From: Oscillospiraceae bacterium
GTDB taxonomy: Bacteria; Bacillota; Clostridia; Oscillospirales; Oscillospiraceae
Direction: 5' to 3'
DNA: 64,000 nt
Assembly (NCBI GenBank): GCA_015068025.1
Contig: SVLH01000006.1
Location: 9,920-73,919, forward strand
How positions within the stretch are numbered: position 1 is the first letter of the stretch; each line of letters starts with the position of its first letter. Positions 57,139 through 64,000 of the stretch are shown piece after piece. Under the pieces are notes generated by a model. It was not told the DNA's origin. It made no database searches and worked only from the letters and a program-made list of their open reading frames with translations. The translations under genes were made by a program, and so were the position numbers.

Positions 57139-58185
57139 GTGGAACTGACAGACCGGAAAAAGCAAATATTGAAGCTGGTGGTGGAGGAGTATATCCGCTC
57201 CGCCGAACCGGTCGGCTCCAAGACCATCGCCGCCGAAATGTCCGGCAGAGTCAGTTCCGCCACCATCCGGAATGAGCTGGCCGATCTGGTGGAAATGGGC
57301 TATCTGGAGCAGCCCCACACCTCGGCAGGCCGTATTCCTTCCCCCAGAGGCTACCGCATCTACGTCAACGAGCTGATGGAACAGCAGAAGCTGTCGGTTG
57401 CCGAAACGGAAAAGATCAACCAGTCCCTGCAGCTGAAGATGGAGGAGCTGGACCGTGTCATTTCCCAGGCGGGGCGGGCGGTGTCGTCCTTTGTGAACTA
57501 CCCCACTTATATGACGGCGGCCCGAAAGACCCGGCTGACCGCCCGGCGATTTGAACTGCTGCCGGTGGATGATCACAGCTGCATCGTTGTGGTGATGATG
57601 GACGGCAACCGTGTCAGAAGCCAGCTCATCCGTCAGCAGCTGAAGGTGGATGTGGAGCAGTTCCCTGTGCTGGTGAATCTGCTGGGCAGCCATTTCACGG
57701 GCATCACCACCGAGGAGATGAACCTGCGGCTGATGAACGTGGCGGAACAGCTTCCGCCGCAGGTGTTTTTGCTGCTGAGCCAGATCGTGGGCTATGCGGT
57801 AGAGCAGCTGGAGAGCATGGGCCACCACGAGGTCATCACCTCTGGCGCAAGGGAACTGCTGAAACTGCCGGAGTTCCGTGATGCCGACAAGGCGCACCAG
57901 CTGATGAGCTTTCTGGCGGACAGCAAGGAAAACCTGCCCATGCCGGACGAAGGCCCCATGAAGATCCTGATCGGCCCGGAGAACATCAGCGATGCACTGA
58001 AAGACACCAGTGTTGTGGTGGCAAGCTACGACATTGGCGACGATATGCGGGGACTGATCGGCGTGGTCGGCCCCACCAGAATGGATTATGCGACGGTCGC
58101 GGCGCGGCTCTCCGGCTTTGCCGATGGCCTGACCCGACTGTTTGGAAAGCAGGGATTACCCCCGAAGGAGGACACACACGAATGA
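57139..58185 (+). CDS. hrcA: heat-inducible repressor HrcA
   Basis: EPVGSK, SSATIRNE, QPHTSAGRIPS, GPTRMDY. Confidence 0.97.
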   Translation: MELTDRKKQILKLVVEEYIRSAEPVGSKTIAAEMSGRVSSATIRNELADLVEMGYLEQPHTSAGRIPSPRGYRIYVNELMEQQKLSVAETEKINQSLQLKMEELDRVISQAGRAVSSFVNYPTYMTAARKTRLTARRFELLPVDDHSCIVVVMMDGNRVRSQLIRQQLKVDVEQFPVLVNLLGSHFTGITTEEMNLRLMNVAEQLPPQVFLLLSQIVGYAVEQLESMGHHEVITSGARELLKLPEFRDADKAHQLMSFLADSKENLPMPDEGPMKILIGPENISDALKDTSVVVASYDIGDDMRGLIGVVGPTRMDYATVAARLSGFADGLTRLFGKQGLPPKEDTHE

Positions 58186-58775
58186 GCGACGAGATCAAGC
58201 AGCCGCAGGACGACGCTGTGGAACAGCAGGCTGCACCGGAGGCAGACGCAGCACCCGAAGCGGATGCGGCGGAAAAGGCTGCCAAGGGCAAGAAGAAAAA
58301 GGATAAGGGCTACACCTTCACCCGTGAACAGGTGGAGCAGATGGAACTGGCTGTGAAGCAGCTGGACTCTGTGAAGGATCAGTTCGTGCGGCTGACCGCC
58401 GAATACGACAACTACCGCAAGCGCACCACCAAGGAAAAGGACAACATCTATCAGGATGCCAAGGCGGACACCGTCAAGGCGTTTCTGGATGTGTACGATA
58501 ATCTGGAGCGCGCCGCCGCCGCAGAAGGCGGGGAGGACTCCCCCCACAAGAAGGGTCTGGAGATGATCCTCCAGCAGTACAAGAGTATTCTGGAAAAGCT
58601 GGGCGTTACGGAGATCGAGGCCAAGGGCAAGCCCTTCGACCCCGAGACGATGAACGCCGTCATGCACATCGACGATGAGTCGCTGGGCGAAAACGAAGTG
58701 GCGCAGGTCTTTCAGGCCGGCTTCGTGATGGGTGACAAGGTCATCCGCTACGCGATCGTGCAGGTCGCAAACTGA
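58182..58775 (+). CDS. grpE: nucleotide exchange factor GrpE
   Basis: RLTAEYDNYRKR, FDP...NAV, VIRYAIVQV. Confidence 0.95.
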   Translation: MSDEIKQPQDDAVEQQAAPEADAAPEADAAEKAAKGKKKKDKGYTFTREQVEQMELAVKQLDSVKDQFVRLTAEYDNYRKRTTKEKDNIYQDAKADTVKAFLDVYDNLERAAAAEGGEDSPHKKGLEMILQQYKSILEKLGVTEIEAKGKPFDPETMNAVMHIDDESLGENEVAQVFQAGFVMGDKVIRYAIVQVAN

Positions 58776-58819
58776 ATCGCAATCAATAAAAATTTTTCGA
58801 TATATTGGAGGAAATTATT

Positions 58820-60667
<1,848 letters not shown>

Positions 60668-60734
60668 GAGCCGATGAAACCGTCATAAGGGACAGGAATG
60701 CCTGTCCCTTATGTGGCGTGACTAGGAGTTTGAT

Positions 60735-61877
60735 ATGGCGCAGGAAAAACGGGATTATTATGAAGTTCTGGGCGTAAACAAGGGCGCCTCGGACGATGAG
60801 ATCAAAAAAGCATATAAGAAATTGGCGCGCCAGTACCATCCGGACCTGAACCCGGACAACAAGGAGGCGGAGGAGAAGTTCAAGGAGGTCAACGAGGCCT
60901 ACGAGATCCTCTCCGATGCCGACAAGAAGGCGCGCTATGACCAGTTTGGCCATGCTGGCGTGGATCCCAACTTCGGGGCAGGCGGCGGCTACGGCGGCGG
61001 TTTTGGCGGCGGCTTCGACTTTGGTGATCTGGGCGACATTTTCGGCAGCTTCTTCGGCGGCGGCTTCGGCAGCGGGCGCCGGAACAACCCCAATGCACCG
61101 GCGCGTGGCGAGAGCATTCGCATTTCTCTGGCGATCAGCTTTGAGGAGGCTGCCTTCGGCTGTGAAAAGGCCGTGACCGTGGAGCGCATGGAACAGTGCG
61201 AAACCTGCCACGGCAACGGCTGTGCGGCAGGCACCACGCCGGAGATCTGTCCGGATTGCCACGGCACCGGCACGGTGCAGGTGCGGCGGCAGACCCCCAT
61301 GGGCGTGTTTGCCACCAGCGCACCCTGCGGCAAGTGCGGCGGCAAGGGCAAGATCATCCACCAGCCCTGCGGCGACTGCCGGGGAGCCGGCCTTGTGCGC
61401 AAGCGCCGTACCATTCAGGCCACCATCCCCGCCGGCATCGACAACGGCCAGACCATCTCCGTGCGGGGACAGGGTCATGCGGGCAAAAACGGCGGAAGCG
61501 CAGGCGACCTGCTCATCACCGTTACCGTTCGCCCCCACGAATTGTTCCGCCGGGAGGGCACTTCCGTTCTCTGCGAGGCGCCCATTACCTTCGCCCAGGC
61601 GGTGCTGGGCGCGGAGCTGGAGATCCCCACCATCGACGGCAAGGTGAAATACGACCTGCCCGAGGGCACCCAGAGCGGTACTACCTTCCGCCTCAAGGGC
61701 AAGGGCATCCCCTCCCTCAACGGCCGCGGCCGCGGCGACCAGTATGTGACCGTTTACATTGAAACGCCCCGCAACCTCAACAAGGAGCAGAAGGAAGCGC
61801 TGCGGAAATTTGCGGAGAGCGTGGGAGAAAACAACTACGAAGAGCGGAAAAAGTTCTTCAAAAAATTCAAAAAGTAA
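60735..61877 (+). CDS. dnaJ: chaperone DnaJ
   Basis: J domain with HPD, G/F region, four CxxCxGxG motifs. Confidence 0.99.
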   Translation: MAQEKRDYYEVLGVNKGASDDEIKKAYKKLARQYHPDLNPDNKEAEEKFKEVNEAYEILSDADKKARYDQFGHAGVDPNFGAGGGYGGGFGGGFDFGDLGDIFGSFFGGGFGSGRRNNPNAPARGESIRISLAISFEEAAFGCEKAVTVERMEQCETCHGNGCAAGTTPEICPDCHGTGTVQVRRQTPMGVFATSAPCGKCGGKGKIIHQPCGDCRGAGLVRKRRTIQATIPAGIDNGQTISVRGQGHAGKNGGSAGDLLITVTVRPHELFRREGTSVLCEAPITFAQAVLGAELEIPTIDGKVKYDLPEGTQSGTTFRLKGKGIPSLNGRGRGDQYVTVYIETPRNLNKEQKEALRKFAESVGENNYEERKKFFKKFKK

Positions 61878-61981
61878 TGCAAGGGACAGGGCGGAGATTG
61901 ATTTTTCTTCCGCCCTGTCGTACAATACAAGCAGCAACTTGCCCCAAAGAGATGAATCATAAATCAAGGGAGAAGAATACT

Positions 61982-62419
61982 ATGAAAATTGCACTGGGTT
62001 GTGACCACGGCGGCTACGAGCTGAAAGAGTACATCAAGGGCGTCATCGAGAAGCTGGGCCACGAATACGAGGATTTCGGCTGCCATAATCTGGACAGCTG
62101 CGACTACCCCGATTTCGGCGCTGCCGCCGCCAGGGCTGTGGCAGAAGGCAAGTGTGAAAAGGGCATCGTGGTTTGCACCTCCGGCATTGGCATTTCCATC
62201 GCCGCCAATAAGGTCAAGGGCATCCGCTGCGCACACTGCGCCGACTGCCTGCAGGCAGAGATGACCCGCCGTCATAACGACGCCAACGTCATGGCCATTG
62301 GCGCCGGCTTCACCGGCAGGAACATGGCCGAGCGTATGGTGGAAGTGTTCCTGACCACCGAGTTTGAGGGCGGCCGCCATCAGCGCCGCGTGGACAAGAT
62401 CATGGCGCTGGAGGGCTGA
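61982..62419 (+). CDS. rpiB: ribose-5-phosphate isomerase B
   Basis: GCDHGG, DYPD, CTSGIG, ANKVKGIR, HNDAN, FEGGRH. Confidence 0.95.
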   Translation: MKIALGCDHGGYELKEYIKGVIEKLGHEYEDFGCHNLDSCDYPDFGAAAARAVAEGKCEKGIVVCTSGIGISIAANKVKGIRCAHCADCLQAEMTRRHNDANVMAIGAGFTGRNMAERMVEVFLTTEFEGGRHQRRVDKIMALEG

Positions 62420-62458
62420 TCGCCCAAAGCGAAAGAAAGAGAAGGGAGGACAGGAAGC

Positions 62459-63505
62459 GTGTCGAGCATTCGCGGAAACAGCGCTTATCGCGGGAATTAT
62501 CGCGGGCGCAGTCCCAAGGGTAACAGCATTTTGGCGGTTTTGCTGGTTCTGGTGATCCTTGCGGCGCTTTCTGTCCTGCTGCTGCAGCGGTATATTGTTT
62601 ACGATGAAGCCGGCCGCCCTGCGCTGGAACTGCCCTGGCAGCAGGGACGAGAGGAAACGCCCGAACTGCTTCCTCCGCTGGAGGACTTTGAACTGGTGAT
62701 CCAGGCCCCGGAAGAGGAGGATCCGACTCCCGGCGAAGCTGACTGGACGGTGCTGGAACTCCCTGCCATGCTGACGCAGGCGGCCTGGCAGCAGGTGCAG
62801 GCGGAGGAGGGGCTGGATGCCGTTGTGGTCACGCTGAAGGATGCGGCTGGCACCGTGTATTTTGAAGGTGCTGCGGCGCTTGCGGAGGCCATCGTTCTGC
62901 CGGAGGGCGGCGATGTGCTGCCGGAGGTGGCCGAAAGCAGCCTCCATACGGTGGCGCGCATCACCTGCTTTGCAGATCCCAGGGCTGCCGTACACGGTGC
63001 AGCCGACCGCGCGCTGCAGGATGTGAACGGCTACGTGTTCTACGACGGGAACAACCGCCCGTGGCTGGACCCCGGTAAGCCGGCGGCGCGCAGTTACCTT
63101 TGCGCCATGGCGGCAGAAGCTGCCGCGCTGGGCTTTGACGAGGTGCTGCTGACGGAGATCGGCTATCCCACTCTGGGCAAGCTGGATCAGATCGCTTACA
63201 CGCCCGGAGATCGCGCTGCGTATGTCGCGGCGTTTTTGCAGGAGATGCGGCTGGCGCTGGACGCCTACGAGATCCGTCTCTGCGTGGAACTGCCGGACAT
63301 TGTGCTGCTGGAGGGAAGCGAAACGGCTTCTGCGTTGGTGCTGTCGAAGATCGCACCGCTGGTGGACGGCATCTATGCCCGCGCCCCGGAAGCGCAGAGA
63401 GAGGCGCTCTCTGCCGCGGTGGCGGCCGCCGCCCCGGAACTGGCCCTTGTGCTGCTTCCCCCGGAGGAAGCAACTGCCGCAGTGCCCCCTGCCCCGGCAG
63501 AGTGA
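62459..63505 (+). CDS. membrane-anchored putative glycoside hydrolase (DUF4015-like)
   Basis: N-terminal TM; AVVVTLKD..G, ARITCFAD, WLDP, GFDEVLL...YP. Confidence 0.7.
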   Translation: MSSIRGNSAYRGNYRGRSPKGNSILAVLLVLVILAALSVLLLQRYIVYDEAGRPALELPWQQGREETPELLPPLEDFELVIQAPEEEDPTPGEADWTVLELPAMLTQAAWQQVQAEEGLDAVVVTLKDAAGTVYFEGAAALAEAIVLPEGGDVLPEVAESSLHTVARITCFADPRAAVHGAADRALQDVNGYVFYDGNNRPWLDPGKPAARSYLCAMAAEAAALGFDEVLLTEIGYPTLGKLDQIAYTPGDRAAYVAAFLQEMRLALDAYEIRLCVELPDIVLLEGSETASALVLSKIAPLVDGIYARAPEAQREALSAAVAAAAPELALVLLPPEEATAAVPPAPAE

Positions 63506-63825
63506 AGCATGAAACACAGAAGAAAAGGCCTGCCCGAAAGGGCGGGCTTTTTTCGGTTCAAAATGAATATTTGAATGAATATTCATTTTTGGGGAGAGGG
63601 GTTGTGAGGCAATATAAAGGAAATGGACAGAAAATAGAGAGAAAAAACGGGGGATTTAAAGGAAAACTGCAAATATTTATTCATTTTTGACTGGAAAAGC
63701 ATTGACATCCGGCGGCAAGAGTGGTAAGGTATCCACTGTCGGCAAAGGAAGAAAATTCTTTTTGCCGTGACACTTTGGAAAGCGTCCGCAAGGGCGTAAT
63801 ATGATTGGAAAAGGAAGTTATCATT

Positions 63826-64000
63826 ATGAAGAAACTGTTTGCACTGCTGCTGGCTGTCGTGATGGTTCTCTCTCTGGCCGCCTGCGGCGAGAAGAAGGAC
63901 GACACCACCGGCAAAGAGGAAAACCCCGCTGTTGAGAACACCTACAACACCAAGACCCCCGGCGTCCTGACTGTCGCCACCAGCCCCGACTATGCTCCCT
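63826..64000 (+). CDS. amino-acid ABC transporter substrate-binding lipoprotein (3' truncated by window)
   Basis: MKKLFALLLAVVMVLSLAAC lipobox; GVLTVATSPDYAP. Confidence 0.85.
   Translation, partial: MKKLFALLLAVVMVLSLAACGEKKDDTTGKEENPAVENTYNTKTPGVLTVATSPDYAP

Overview
This 64 kb window looks like the chromosome of an anaerobic Firmicute, probably Oscillospiraceae (inferred from gene content and style). The housekeeping blocks are cysK, an ald2-mtnA-deaminase salvage cluster, rpe-recR, trxB/trxA, rnfCDGEAB, THF riboswitch-folT-folC, CIRCE-hrcA-grpE-dnaK-dnaJ and rpiB. There is also a ~20 kb surface-glycan locus carrying a bacillosamine-type pathway and a 2,3-diacetamido-uronic-acid-type pathway. 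The main observation is a streamlined myophage-derived structural system split into two minus-strand operons on either side of the glycan locus. One operon (37.6-40.8 kb) holds portal, scaffold, fibre and two small genes; the other (9.3-17.4 kb) holds capsid, neck, sheath, tube and baseplate. The two blocks are complementary in canonical gene order and each ends in its own terminator. Both are preceded by the same spaced motif, GCCGCGTTTT-N8-GCTTCC-N24-TAnnnT. No integrase, replication, terminase or lysis gene is visible in the window, and the tape-measure slot holds only a short fusion protein. This reads as a domesticated, co-regulated GTA/tailocin-like particle system rather than a prophage. 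All family calls come from recognising motifs by eye; no database searches were run.
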